Source: Hyphochytrium catenoides (Eukaryota > Protista > Hyphochytriomycota). Taken from it: 64,000 nucleotides of DNA. Below the pieces are notes generated by a model that saw only the letters and a program-made list of their open reading frames with translations, was not told the origin of the DNA and searched no databases. This document shows positions 50,903 through 63,114 of this stretch, piece by piece; within the stretch, counting starts at the first letter, position 1, and each line of letters opens with the position of its first letter. The stretch is taken from positions 11,140-75,139 of the forward strand of contig FLMG01000137.1 in assembly GCA_900088475.1 (NCBI GenBank), in the 5' to 3' direction. The position numbers were made by a program, and so were the translations under genes.

Positions 50903-51770
50903 TCACTTCTTGGGCTTCTTCAGTTCTGCCAGCTCTTTCTCTAGCTTCACTACTTTCCTTCCCAGCGCCTCATTGGCAGAGAAAGCGTCTGCTCTTAGTG
51001 CATTCACTGCATCTTCCAGCTGCTTGGTGCTGTGCTCAATGTCATTGTGAATGCTATAGAAGCCCGCGCTGCCGCCCACCACCGCGCCGACGGAGAAGGC
51101 TGCGAGGCGCTGGCCGATGGAGCTTCCTCCCGCTTTCTTTGGCGGCTGTGGGGCTACCACGGGCTGGAGACGGGGATCCAAAAGCATAAGAAAGAGAGAG
51201 AGTCACAAAGGGAAACATGGGTGTCGTGATAAGTGGAGACAGAACGATAAGAAATCCATAGAGTAGAAGGGAGACAGACAGAGAAAGATGGTAGATGGAA
51301 TAAAGAGGAGAGCCATTAATTGATTAGCTGAGCCATAACTATAGAGTGAGACAGAGAAGGAGAGAGAGAGAGAGAAACAGGTACCGAGACAGAGAGAGAC
51401 TCACGTCCACGAGAAGAGAAATGCCGAAGGAAGCTAAGTGTTAGGGGAGGGGACAGAGAAAGACACAGATAGATCACGGGGCGAGAGGAAGAGAGGAGGA
51501 GAGAAAGAAGGAGCTCAATGTCAAGGAGAATGAGAGAATGAGCAGCAGATGGAGATGAGAGACGAGAGTTCTTCCTTCCTTTACCGGTCTTGATGTCTCC
51601 TTTGGCACAGCTAGCGCCGTCTCAGACGCCTGCCGCCTGACAGCGGACGTTGATATTCTTCTGACCTACAGGGTAACAGGATCGCCGTTAGCATTGTGAA
51701 GAGACAATGGCAGGCTGAGAGGGAGAAGCGCTTCTTTCACCTGTCCCGCGACCGTTGTAGAGCGCCACAT
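50903..51770 (-). CDS. Small (~120 aa) putative mitochondrial membrane protein: presequence, Gly-rich TM helix, coiled coil; 3 exons
   Basis: Spliced product MWRSTTVAGQ|VRRISTSAVRRQASE...SRP|PVVAP...AFSVGAVVGGSAGFY...KLEKELAELKK; both introns are phase-0 GT-AG. Confidence 0.75.
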
Positions 51771-51883
51771 ATTGCTAGCTGAGTAGAGAGTGTCACGAGT
51801 GCTCTGGTCTTCACGGGCCTTCTTGCCTTTCCTTTCCGGAACGAGCTCCTTCTTGAATCAGGTCCTCTTCGCCTCTCCCCGCT

Positions 51884-51920
<37 letters not shown>

Positions 51921-53419
51921 CTCTCTCTCTCTCTCTCTCTCTTCCTCCCTCGACGTGCGGCGATGACTGCCGAGAAGTGATCCATCAGACCATCAGCCTG
52001 TTGACTTCCCACCGTAAGATTCAACGGATGCATTGAAACATTTCCTTAAAATCCCTGTCCATACCTTAGAAGCAAGAGTATATAATCTTTCCAAATATAG
52101 GTTTCAATGAAGGATTCATCTAGTGAAGATTATTGAGGTCTGGTGAAGTGCGGACAAATCTCTGCAGATCCGCAGATGGAGATTTGGAGCTTCTCTTCCT
52201 CGATGACGGGGAAAGAACACTGAGGCTGAGGATGTATGTATGGCCTCTAATCAAAGAAAGATCGCTGGTGGGGTCTTCGATGAGTTAAGGCGGCTGAGGA
52301 CAGGAAAAGCGGCTGCAAGCTGATCTTTGCGAGATTCGATAGGCTACTCTCCTCTCCGCCTTGTGCGGTAGATGCTCGAACTTTGAATATCTGTGGGTTG
52401 CTCACCTCATCTGGCCCCGGCGGCTTATGCGGCAAGATGGAAAGAGCCGAGGGAGACCTGAAAGGCTCTTGACGTAGGCGAAGGGCAGGGATATATCGCA
52501 TAGGCGGGATATCCTTCATTGTATATCTAAAAAGGGAAGATTAATAGAGGATGTGGAATCTCAGATCTGTGGCGCGAGCAGCGCTCTGCCTGGCTATTGA
52601 GCACTTTATCATCCCTATTCAGGTTATGATGCACGTGCGGGCGTCTATGCACTGAAGACAGCTGCATTGCTTGTCTCGACATCCGCTTAGTGAGATGGAA
52701 GAAAGGCCACTATCATCGGCATGTGCAATGCCGTAGCCCTGAGGGTGTGCTGGCGCGGGTTACTCCTAAAATCTTTGTAAGATGGCAGTGTCTCAATGAG
52801 GCCCCGTGAGCTTAGTCAACCCCGCGCCGGTCGGGCAAGATCGTTGCTCTCTGCAGGTCACTTTTCCGCTCATCCTTCTGTCTCACGAGACTTGAAGCGA
52901 TATTGATGATGCAATTATTGGTCTTGAAGTCTTACGATGGGACTGGAAGATTAGCACCCGTCCGCTTGACCAAGCTCAAGAGAATGGCAGAGAGGACAGC
53001 AGGAAATATGGGACAAAGTTCTATTTAAGGGAGGGAAGGGCTCCAACTCCGCTGAAGACTGAGCGGTGGAGCTTAAATAGGCACTGAAAGCTAGTGCATT
53101 GACACACCCTAGCAAGGGCTGATCTGGAAGAAGCTGAGAGCATTCCAGAGGAAACCAAAGAAGACAGAGAAAAAGCAAAGAAGATAGCGCTTTGAGGCGC
53201 TGCTGCGGTCCCTAACTAACGCCTCTGTCTCTTCCTTCGCTTCCACTGTCAAATGAAAGAGTCCAATCAGGGCAATTGAGGTAAGGCCGATAAGACGGCG
53301 GTAGGGAGTAACAGCCGAGGAGAGAAATGAAGAGAAAAGAGACTAGAGAGCGAGTAGGACAGAGAAAGAGACAGAGGAGTCGAGAATAAAGGTGTTGGCG
53401 ACTTCCATGCACATGCTGC

Positions 53420-56400
53420 CTACCTCTGAATAGTCTGGTGAGAACTTAAAGTCTTTATAATAGTAAGCAATCATCTCACGGACACTGAAGCTCGGATCCA
53501 CTTCACGCTGAATGTCATATCCCCGTCCGCAGGCGAGCGGATAAATGGGAAAGGCCAGGAAGAGAGCCAGCCACAAGAAGAGAGAGAGAGAAAGAGAATG
53601 CTTGTCAGAGAGATATAGCAAAAGCGGCTAGGAGCGTTCTTGTTTCCAAGATTTTACTGACCCGAATGGCGACAAAGTCCTTTCCTCGCCTCTTGAAAGC
53701 ATCCGCAAACCTTCTTCTGTGCTCGTCAGTCCACCTACCAGGGGCCAGGCAGTGCCATCCGTGGAAAGAATCGGATAGGAATACAAAGAGGGGAGGTGTA
53801 GGGTCATGTGAGGTTCTGCACAAGATCCAGAGGCACTGGGAACAGAACCGCCACTAACCTCAAGCCAACTGCGCTGGACTTGAGCTTGATGAGAGGGACC
53901 ACGCGGCTAAAGTCTTCCATAGAAAAAGACGGAGACTTGCGCACCTGCAAGGAGAACGATATCCCATTAGGACGAGGTTGAAGTCATAGCTCTGCGAACA
54001 AGCCTCAACTGCTGAGACATGGAGAAGAAGGCTGATGCGTCGGCCAGAACGCAAATAGGAGACATATATAATAGGGAACCCCTTGGGTCAACGGTCCAGG
54101 AAGGATGGCCGGGCGCATAGGTCGAAGAGTAGAGGACAGTTGACCGGAGGTGAGATAAAGATAGCAATGAGTAAAGATGCTGCAATTTTTGCTGAGGAAT
54201 AGAAGTGAGCTCCGCAGGTATGGGAACAATGAAAGAGCGAAGAATTCCCATGAGATGCGCAGATGAGGGACCATGGCAACGATGGAGAGAGGTGAAGTTT
54301 GAAGCTAACGATGGGCACTTACAACCTCATCCAGCTGCTCATTTGATAAGCTGCCCAAGTACGATACCAAGAGCTTGTGTCCTTGCTCAGTGCTGCTAAC
54401 TTGCTCTGCCTTCCTGAGAAACGGAGACCAGAGCAGATCCGGCTCTCGGACTTCTCCATCCTCAGAGGAAAAGAGGCCAGACCAGTCTCCTACTTCCGCC
54501 TGAGCGTTCGGACCGATTTTGATTACATTGTCCTGCCGTGACAGTTGGTGTGCGCTGCTGGCATCATGGCGCTTTTCTACTCTCTTCTCTTTCTCTACTA
54601 TTCTATCTTGATTAGCTTCGTTAGCTTGAAGCGTGACCTGAGGGGCTGTGGAACCGCTACTTCCAGAGTTCATGCCAGAACTTGAAGCTTCGGGCTCTCC
54701 TTCCTCTGAAGCGAAATGCTGGCCATAGGAGCTTCTGGCTTCAGATTCTTTCTTCTCCTGCTCTCCCCCATGTTCGCGGCTATTGTTACCCTGCGCTGCC
54801 TTTGCGTGGGAGAGGAAGACGTTGAGAATCTTCCTTCCTCTCTCCTTGAAGACTACATCTTGAGAACGGTACTCCTCGCAATACTTCTGGAAAGCCTCTT
54901 TAATGGAGTCCTTGTCTTCAAAGGCCTGGAAGCCACCAGGGAGGACGCTGATCTGGCGCAGATACACGCCATTGACCAACGATTCTTGGGTTTCTACCTC
55001 TGACCTAACCGTATCTCCTCTGCGTGGGCAGTGTCAATAGAAGAAGGTAAATGGAACGTGTTAGAGCATAAGCAAGATCGAACTCAGAAGTAGGGGACGA
55101 GCATCCTGAAGAGGTCTAGAGACTGATATCTATTTCTGCTAGGAATCGGATAAAGGGCAGCTTTTGTTAAAACAGGAGAGATGGCTTCTTAGGGACATAG
55201 AGAGGAAGAATAGTGGCTCCTCGGAGGGGTGGGAAAGGTTAGACCCGTCTCAGAACCTGCTCTGTCGTTTGCTCCGAGCTTCAGAGATAATCTTATCTAT
55301 TTGGGATTCCGTGCTCGCGTCAGGCTTCCTAGGAGGCCGCCCGTGCTGCGATATCTTCAGAAGTTGGAACATATGCATAGTCACAAAACAGGGGAAAAGA
55401 TAGAAGGCGTCAGCCAAGAAGCAAACGAACGGGATGGTGACTCGGGCCATAGATACTTATAGCTTTCACTTTTGCCAAAAAGTAGAGGCGGTCGGTCGGC
55501 AGACAGTACGACAGCCATCGGAATTTCATCTCTAACAACATCGGTGGCAAGCATCCTAGCCCTAGCACCTCCGGTAGAGATCTTACCTTCTGAAGTGCTC
55601 GCAGCAGACTGATGGCAACGCTGTGTAGAGTCTGTGTGGAGGGCTGGGGTAACACAAGCATGTTAGAGCCTCTCATAGCAAAGGGCTGACGGGCAGCTTA
55701 CAGGGCTACGTAGGACACGGACAAGGACCCAGAGTAGATAAATACTCCTGGAACTTCACGATGACGAAGAACATAGAGCCAAGTAACGAGGCAACCCGCA
55801 AGATGAAGCCAAAAGAGTGCAGTGCCCTGACCTTCCTCAGCAGCTCCCATGTCTGCTTGAGAACAGTCTTCGATAAATACTTTAGGGAAACATCATCCAA
55901 GCGCACGGCCCAACGCTTTAAGGACGTCGCAACCGGCTCGACGTCTTGCAAAGTGAGAGCAACGCCCTTTCTGTGGCAAGTCTCTGCTTGTTGACGAAGC
56001 TTCACCACGTTCTCGTAGAACACGGTCAAGAGACGTAGAGAAGACTTTGGCAAGTAACAGATCTGTGGGAAGGAATAAGACATTAGCTGTGGCCGCAACG
56101 TGGCGGATAAAGAGACGTAAGAGAGAGTGAACGGAAGAACTCACAGATGGAGTAGGATTATAGAGGAAAGGATGGGAGAAAGCAACACAATGAAGCGAAC
56201 GAGTGTGCATGTAAATCTCATAGAGCAGTTTATCAAGAAAGATGTGGGTACCTCCGTTGACCTGGCATACTCCTCAAAGTGCCGTTGGAAGCGAGCTTTA
56301 TCCTCCTCCACGCTATAACCCTAATGAAAAGAGAACGGATGCCAGCCGTTAAGATGCCAACAGACAATGGACATGACAGGCAACAGGCCTAAGCTAGGAG

Positions 56401-57400
56401 CAGGGCAGCGAGTGAGCTTGGAAGCGATGATAACTGACCGGAGGGGCAACTCTTGAGACCGGCGCCGACACTTCTCTCTGCTCCCGGTCTGGATTTTGAA
56501 AGGGTTTGACATCTCGCTCAATTGTTCCCGAAGGTTGCTCTTTGTCCCTACTTTCTCCTGATGGTGCCCCTGCCCCGCTGCCACTGGCGCCACTATCCTC
56601 TCCTCCCGCTGTCCTATCAGTCTCTCTGTCATTCGCAGCTGGTGACCTAGGCGGTGTGGCATTACTCTGCTCATCCTCACTGCTGTCATCGCCAATGAGG
56701 TCAATGACTTCTTTCCCTCCTGGAAGAGACTGCCGAGAAGCGTTTATTCTACTGCTGCCGGGAGGGGAAGGGGTAGGGAGAGTCGCACGGGTTGCACCGG
56801 CAGGGGTCGGAGCTACTGCAGTGCTAGGAGCTTCCTTCGCTTTAGCTCCTGGAGCGCCCAGTAGTGGCCTGGATGTGGAGGCCTTCATAGGGACAGGCTG
56901 TTTCTTGCTCCGGTGAGTGCGCGCCGGTTCTTGCTGCTGCTGCTTCTGCTGATTTAGCGCTCCAGCGTCACGCAAAGGCGTGGATGCTGCTACCTTCCCG
57001 GAGGCAACCACCACTTCCGAGCTAACCAGCTCCTCTTCTTCGGACGAGGTGCCTCCACCTTTACCAGGAATATATAATAAATCCCCGACAGAGAATAAGG
57101 GTGAGCAGTGCGTGGCCTTATTAGCAAGAGTCAAAGGGCAGGCATAAGCTACCTGATGGATTAGAGCCCCGGGCCATCCCAGTACCGTTTGCTTCTGATG
57201 CTTGGGTAGTGTTATCGCCCTTCCCTGCGATGCTAGAGGAGACCTCATTTGACTAGAAGGACACGCGGTTGTCAGAGTTACCAAGCCAACACCCTCAACG
57301 TCTACAAGCAGCCAAGGCCCACCTTGGAACTCTCCCAATTCCGCCTGCGGCTCGGGCTGTTCATGCTTTAAATTATAGCGCAGGTACCTTTCGCTAGGCC
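53420..57400 (-). CDS. ELM2-SANT domain protein (HDAC co-repressor-like); gene ends uncertain
   Basis: ELM2-like IKIGPNAQAEVGDW...LLWSP (~54430-54525); SANT WTDEHRRRFADAFKRRGKDFVAI...VREMIAYYY (~53460-53735); low-complexity N-terminal exons. Confidence 0.72.
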
Positions 57401-58006
57401 AGTGAAGAGTTCATGGTGGTGATGGGCACCGTAATGTGTTCTATCGCTCTTGACTCCATCCAGGCCGTAGACCATCGTCAGTCTAAGCCAAAGCGTTAAA
57501 GCCAAGGAAGCTAAGAAGCAAGGCAGGCAGTCTGCTTGCCCAGCGGTGACCTCCGCCAGGCTCTTATGCCTTGACTGATCGCCTTAGTGAAGATTAGGAA
57601 TGGGCTCTCGTCTGCCGATGCCAGAGCTCAACAGAGAAAGCATATTCCTGTCTAGATGAAGCTCGAGATAGCCAGTAATCCCCCCGGACTGAGCTATTCT
57701 AGATGCCTTAACATAATGATCTGACAAGCAAAGGGCCTAATGCCTCGGATTCTGAATTACTTTGAGTCTGGTTCTGAATAATGAGACGGTGTTGGCGCTT
57801 TGAACCCAAGCTTGAAAAGTGCGAGCTTCAGAATGCAGAATGTCGGTCAAGACATCTGCAAGCGGAGATTAGAACGGAGATACTTGCGGAGGTGCACAGC
57901 GGAGTCGTGGCCGTACGTCTGTCCCTAACGGTGGCTCTCAAAGTAGCACTGAGCTTCTCTGGTGAGCAGCAGTGAGGAGATCTCGCTTTATCTGCAGCAG
58001 CTGGAG

Positions 58007-59431
58007 ATGGAGAGGTCTATGCGCCACCTGTCAAGCCTCTGGTTGAAGGTGCCATATTTGAGCCTTATTGCATTTTGCCTTGCACTCCTGCTTGGTCACG
58101 CTAGAGGAGTGAGCTGCGACAATCCACTTTCGGGTCCGGAAGCGGTGCAGAGCTTGAAAGAAGCGTTAGGTAGGACGACTGCTTCTATTGGCGCGCAAAA
58201 TGAAACTAAACAGGGCAAGACGCCTTGCAATTTTGCTGTTAGGCCTCTACAGGCCAGGGGATTTGACGGCCACCGAGGCGCTGGAAGATGTGATCTCCGC
58301 CAATGAGTGTGTATGGCTCTAGTTCCCTCTCTTGAGCTGGCAAGGACTAATAGCCTTGCGCTGTGTCCAGGCTGGATGACCATCGTCTGCCTCTAGGGCT
58401 TCTACTGGTCGCCAATGACAAGGATGTGAGTACGCACGTCTACTTGACCGCAAGATATTCATCTGCACCTCTTAGCTGCTATGTCTGGTCTGGCAGGAGG
58501 TGAAGGCTCTATTGGACGCCTTAGAGTGCGCTTACTTTAGGAGCTCCAACTCTTGCGTGTCACACATCAACCTCATGGTAAGTCATACCAAGTATCCTCT
58601 TTCGTAGGCCTGAATTCCGTGCTCTTGTTATTATCTCCACGGTTCCTACTGACAAGGGTGTTCTCCTTATGGGTTGCTTGTCTCTCGCTCCTCTTCTTGC
58701 TGCCTCTCTTCTCTCCTCCCTCTATCTTCATTTGGAAGGATACTCCCAAAGAAATGGCTCCGCCCTGGCTGAGGAACGAGCTGGAAAGTCACCTTGCACG
58801 CAGCAGCCGGAGCCGCCAGTTATTTGTTCTTGACAACCTTCAGGGACTAAGGTAGAGTGCTAATATCCTAGCAGTTCTTTCCGGGTTTCGGATGCTGAGG
58901 TCTGACTACTGACATGCCAGAGGGAGCCAGCGCCGGGTGCTGGACGCGCTCTTAGAGCCTTTGAATGGGGACGCTGAGGGTTTTCGCAATGCATTTATTC
59001 TCCTGGTTCTCCGACTAAGAGCAGAGAAAGAGAACGGGCACATTCCGGCAATTGGAGCCTTTCAGAGAGACTGGAGATCTGCTTTTGAGTCATTCTTGAG
59101 CTTTGAAGGTAGAGCTGCCCGATGTATAGGGAGCATATCGATCCCTATCCTCATCATCAGCCTTTCTCTTGAGAAGCCTCAGCTGTCTGCCTTGAACTCT
59201 ACGTTCTTCGTTCTCTCTGGTCTACTCTCTTGCCTCCACCGCTCAATCTCGCCTATGGTTCACAGCTGTCGGCCCTCCGTCCCTTGTCGCACAGGACCAG
59301 AGTTCAGTCCAAAAGCTATACTGGGAAGGATTACCGACGTACGCCGAAGTATCTAAGTGACCACTCGTGGCTGACTCCTCACAACTCGTCCTCTCGCCCT
59401 CGCGCTCTGCTATCGCTGTGCAATTCAGCCA

Positions 59432-59471
<40 letters not shown>

Positions 59472-59952
59472 TCATCCTTTATCAGTGACGCCCATGTTCA
59501 CTTGCCCCCTGCAGGCAATTGTCCTCCAAGCTCCTGAACTTAGCTCCAAAAGAGCACGTCCAGACTTGTGTCCTCTAGCCCCAGGGGCGACACAGATAGA
59601 AGCCGGGGCTACGACTCTTCTAGTTGTACTAGGATTCTTTGCATCCTCTATTATGCTCTTTCTCGCCTGGGGAGGCTGCCGACAGGTGAAAGAGGAGTTT
59701 TCTAAAAGGCCAACCATGTCCAGATCTGAAAGTGTCGAAGGCCGACAGAAGATAGGGGAGCTGGGGAAAGGCAGACAAGTTATCAGAAGGGTTGTGAAGA
59801 GGAAAGTGGTCAGAAAAGTGAGGAAGCAGACATCATTAGATGATGAAGGTGAAGAGCGGACAATATTAGATGAAAAGGAGGGATGGCTGCAGAAGACTAG
59901 CGACTCTGAAACATCATCAGCATCGGACATGAACCATAACAGAGCCCGCTAG
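58007..59952 (+). CDS. Type-I membrane protein with luminal AAA+-like pseudo-ATPase domain resembling the torsin activators LAP1/LULL1
   Basis: Signal peptide LSLIAFCLALLLGHARG; GLLLVANDKDEVKALLDALECAY; QLFVLDNLQGL; FRNAFILLVL; KAILGRITD|AIVL; TM LLVVLGFFASSIMLFLAW; basic tail. Seven frame-consistent exons. Confidence 0.65.
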
Positions 59953-60075
59953 AAGCTCACGGTCGATTTACCAGGTTCTGGCCTATGAGGGCCAGGAAAG
60001 ATTTTTAATAAGTTAAATATAGCGTGAGATTGGGCGCGGAAACCAGCGTGTGAGCCACTCAGTCCCATCTGTGCC

Positions 60076-62612
60076 TTAAGAGTAGAGGGAGACGGAGAGA
60101 GACTTGAACAACTCCTTTTGACTCTCATCAACGTCCTTCAGTTCCTTTAGCTTGTTGGCAGAGAGAGAGCCCAAAGCACAGAGGTGGGTCCGCTCCAGCT
60201 GTTTAGTCCAGCGGTTGCTATAGCTTAAGCACATCTTTGCGAGCCTTTGGCTGTTCTGGCTGGCTGCGCATGCGAGCTCTGGCTGGCGCAGATGTAGATA
60301 CTCTAGCGCTATGTTGTTATAGCAGATGGAGATCATACAGAGTTTCTGAGCTGCAGACTCGGGTCCCTCTAGCTCGTTTCTTTCCACCATCTCCAGCACG
60401 CGCTGTAGGGTTCTGAGTGCCTCGGAGTGCTGTCCCTTTCTGGAGAGGATGGCCCCAAGATGTAGAAGACACTTAGCAAAATGAGTCGCCTCTTGCCGTG
60501 CTTTGTGACTGGCAGATGCTCTCTCGACATATTGAACGGCAGCATTCAGCTTTCCCCTGCGATAATAATAGTATCCATAGGTGTCTGAGAGGAAGGCGGT
60601 GACCTCTTCTTGCGTCTCTCGAGGGAGTGATGGATGATCCTTTAGCTCCTCGCCCTGGGAAGAGGAAGAGATGACGGTAAAGGGACAAAGTTTAGCGCTA
60701 AGTCTCAGAGATTAAGCCTTCTTTGCCGGTATGACTTCCTCGTCTATCCCTTCTTCTCCTTCAAGAGCTCATGCTACTGATCGAACTTCAGATTAGGGCG
60801 AGAGAGGCACAGAGAGAGAGGAGAGACGCAAGATGGCTCTACAAAGATAAATGACCGACCTTCTTCAGCAGCTCCAAAGCCATCGTGTAGCTCTTCCCTT
60901 CAATCTGACGGGTACTAAAGGCCGCACAAGTGACTACAAGCTGTCGCCACTGCTGCGCTTCAACATCAGACCTCCCGTTAGCCCTCAGTCGAGCAGTGAG
61001 GAGCGCTTCTACCACCGCCACATACTTCGCACACTGATTGGATGCTTCCAAAGCTCTCAGCTCAAGACACAATCTGTGCCCACAGGAGAGATCGGCTGTT
61101 GCCAGGGTCTCTCGGTTACTCTCCTCTATCTCTCCCTCCGCCAGCCGGCACCAGATAGCTTTAATGCTTCCCGCGCCAGCAAACCAGACCGGCGTCGGGA
61201 CTGCTGGGGCGTTAATTACTACGCTGCCATCCTCAGCCACGTGAGAGGGGATCCAGGCCTTTCCTACCTGGCCCTTGAACCTCGTAGCTGAGCCAGATGG
61301 AGAGAGGATTCCAACCTTACGGCTCTTCATGGGACTCGTAGCTTTCTTCGGACCTCTTTCTCTTCCTTGACGCTCCTCCTTGCTCTCCTTGACGACATCC
61401 TCATCTCCTTCCCTGCCCTTGTTGTCAGTCTCCCCTTCTTCTCCTAAGCCTGAGACGTGGATCTCTTCCTTCTTCTTTCTCTCTGCCTCCATTCCCACGC
61501 AGTAGAGGTTCAAGATATTACGGGCAACCTCATTCTCCCACTCTGAATCCTTTTCTACTGCCTCTTGGCTCTCTCCCTCTGCTTTCTCTCCTCCCTTTTC
61601 CTTAGAGTGTGATAGCTGTGGTGACTCTGACTCTCCTACTCTGCTATCCAAAGGCATCAGTGACTCTAAGGAGTCAGGATCGGCTTCTCTCTCCCGAAGA
61701 ACAACCTCATTTGGTGCTGCTTTCAGAGCTTTGCTAGAGGCAACACCGAGTAGAGACTCCGCCTCTTTTAGCAGCCTCTCTGTTGTCTCTTCATATTGCA
61801 CTGGCTCCTCTGGCTCATCAGGACGTGTGAGAGAGGAATGCTCTGTTGCACTTGGGGAGCTGAGGCCTGCCTGGAGCTTTTTTTGCTGACTTCTAACCGG
61901 CTTCTTCCCAGGGCCTACCTTCTTGGCAGGAAGGGCCGCGGGTCGGCTCAACGGAGACATCTGTAGGCTTTTGGGAACAGACTTCGGCCGGTTCTGATCC
62001 ACCCTCGCTCCGGCAATGACCTGCGCCCCAGCCTTTGCTAGAGGGCCGGTGGATCTTCTGGGGCTGGCAGGACGGGGCGGAGGAGGGCTAATTACGGGCT
62101 TGCTAGGTTTGTTGGCGGCTCTATAAAGGCTGGGATAGCTGAGGCCTTCCTCACGCACTGCCTGAGCGGCTAGAGCCTCTACTGTCTCTGATGGCCGCAG
62201 GCGGGAGAGCTCTTCGAGGTCTGAAGGAGTCACAGCGCCCGGCCGTATCTCAGTTCCAGTGAGTAGTTCACTGTCACTCTGAGGATCTGCCCCTGGGCAA
62301 TCTGTGAAGTCCTTCGCGGTCAGATTTCTAGGAGAGGGAGCCGGTTGAGTCTCCTCTTCCCCTTGCTGACTCGAAGGTGTGACAGGTACTGGAATTTGTG
62401 CTTGGTGTTTGAGAGATGACAGGACTTCCTTCACGATCGCTGCCTTCTGCTGCTCCAGCACCTGCCGGGTCTCCTCACGGAGTTGCTGGGATCTTAAAGG
62501 TAAGTAGGATATGACAGGCTTAGGAAAATAGCGTCCAACCTACCGCAGCGAAGTCCTGGAGGATGCGGTCATGCTCTTCCCTAGAGATGGAGCCCCCGCT
62601 TGTCTGCTCCAT
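60076..62612 (-). CDS. Protein with N-terminal coiled coil, disordered linker and C-terminal TPR repeats
   Basis: MEQTSGG..QDFAA|QLREETRQ; TPR-like YYYRRGKLNAAVQYVERA, LHLGAILSRKGQHSEAL and ICYNNIALEYLHL. Confidence 0.8.
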
Positions 62613-63080
62613 CCTGCAGAGACTACTATGCCTCTCACAGTCTCAGGCTAGTACTATGCCGTCTGATGGGCCGGCTTTGCCCGTCATATCTCCGTGGAGT
62701 TTGTATCACCTGCCGAGAGCTACATATAGTGGCCACATGGGAACTAACGGACTGCAGAGACACCTTCTGGCTCGCTTCTGGAGTCAGTCCGCCTGTAGGG
62801 ACAAATAGCAATAATCTCCGTTGATATCACCTTTATCCTCTTGCTCTTCTGGAGCCCTGCAGATGGGGCTGCGACTCTGTTGGAGGCGCAATAATCTTCA
62901 TGCAGACAAGAAAAGGCAATAAATCTTCAGTAATTCGCGTTCTCAAGCAGAATGTAACGCTCTTTGCCCCACTCAAGTACTTGCGTTCGGAATGAAGGCC
63001 ATCTTGGTTGTTCTGATGAGGAATATGCATGATGGCGTGATTGTGTCGTTTGGGGCTTCGCATCTCTTTCCTGCTCTCTG

Positions 63081-63114
<34 letters not shown>

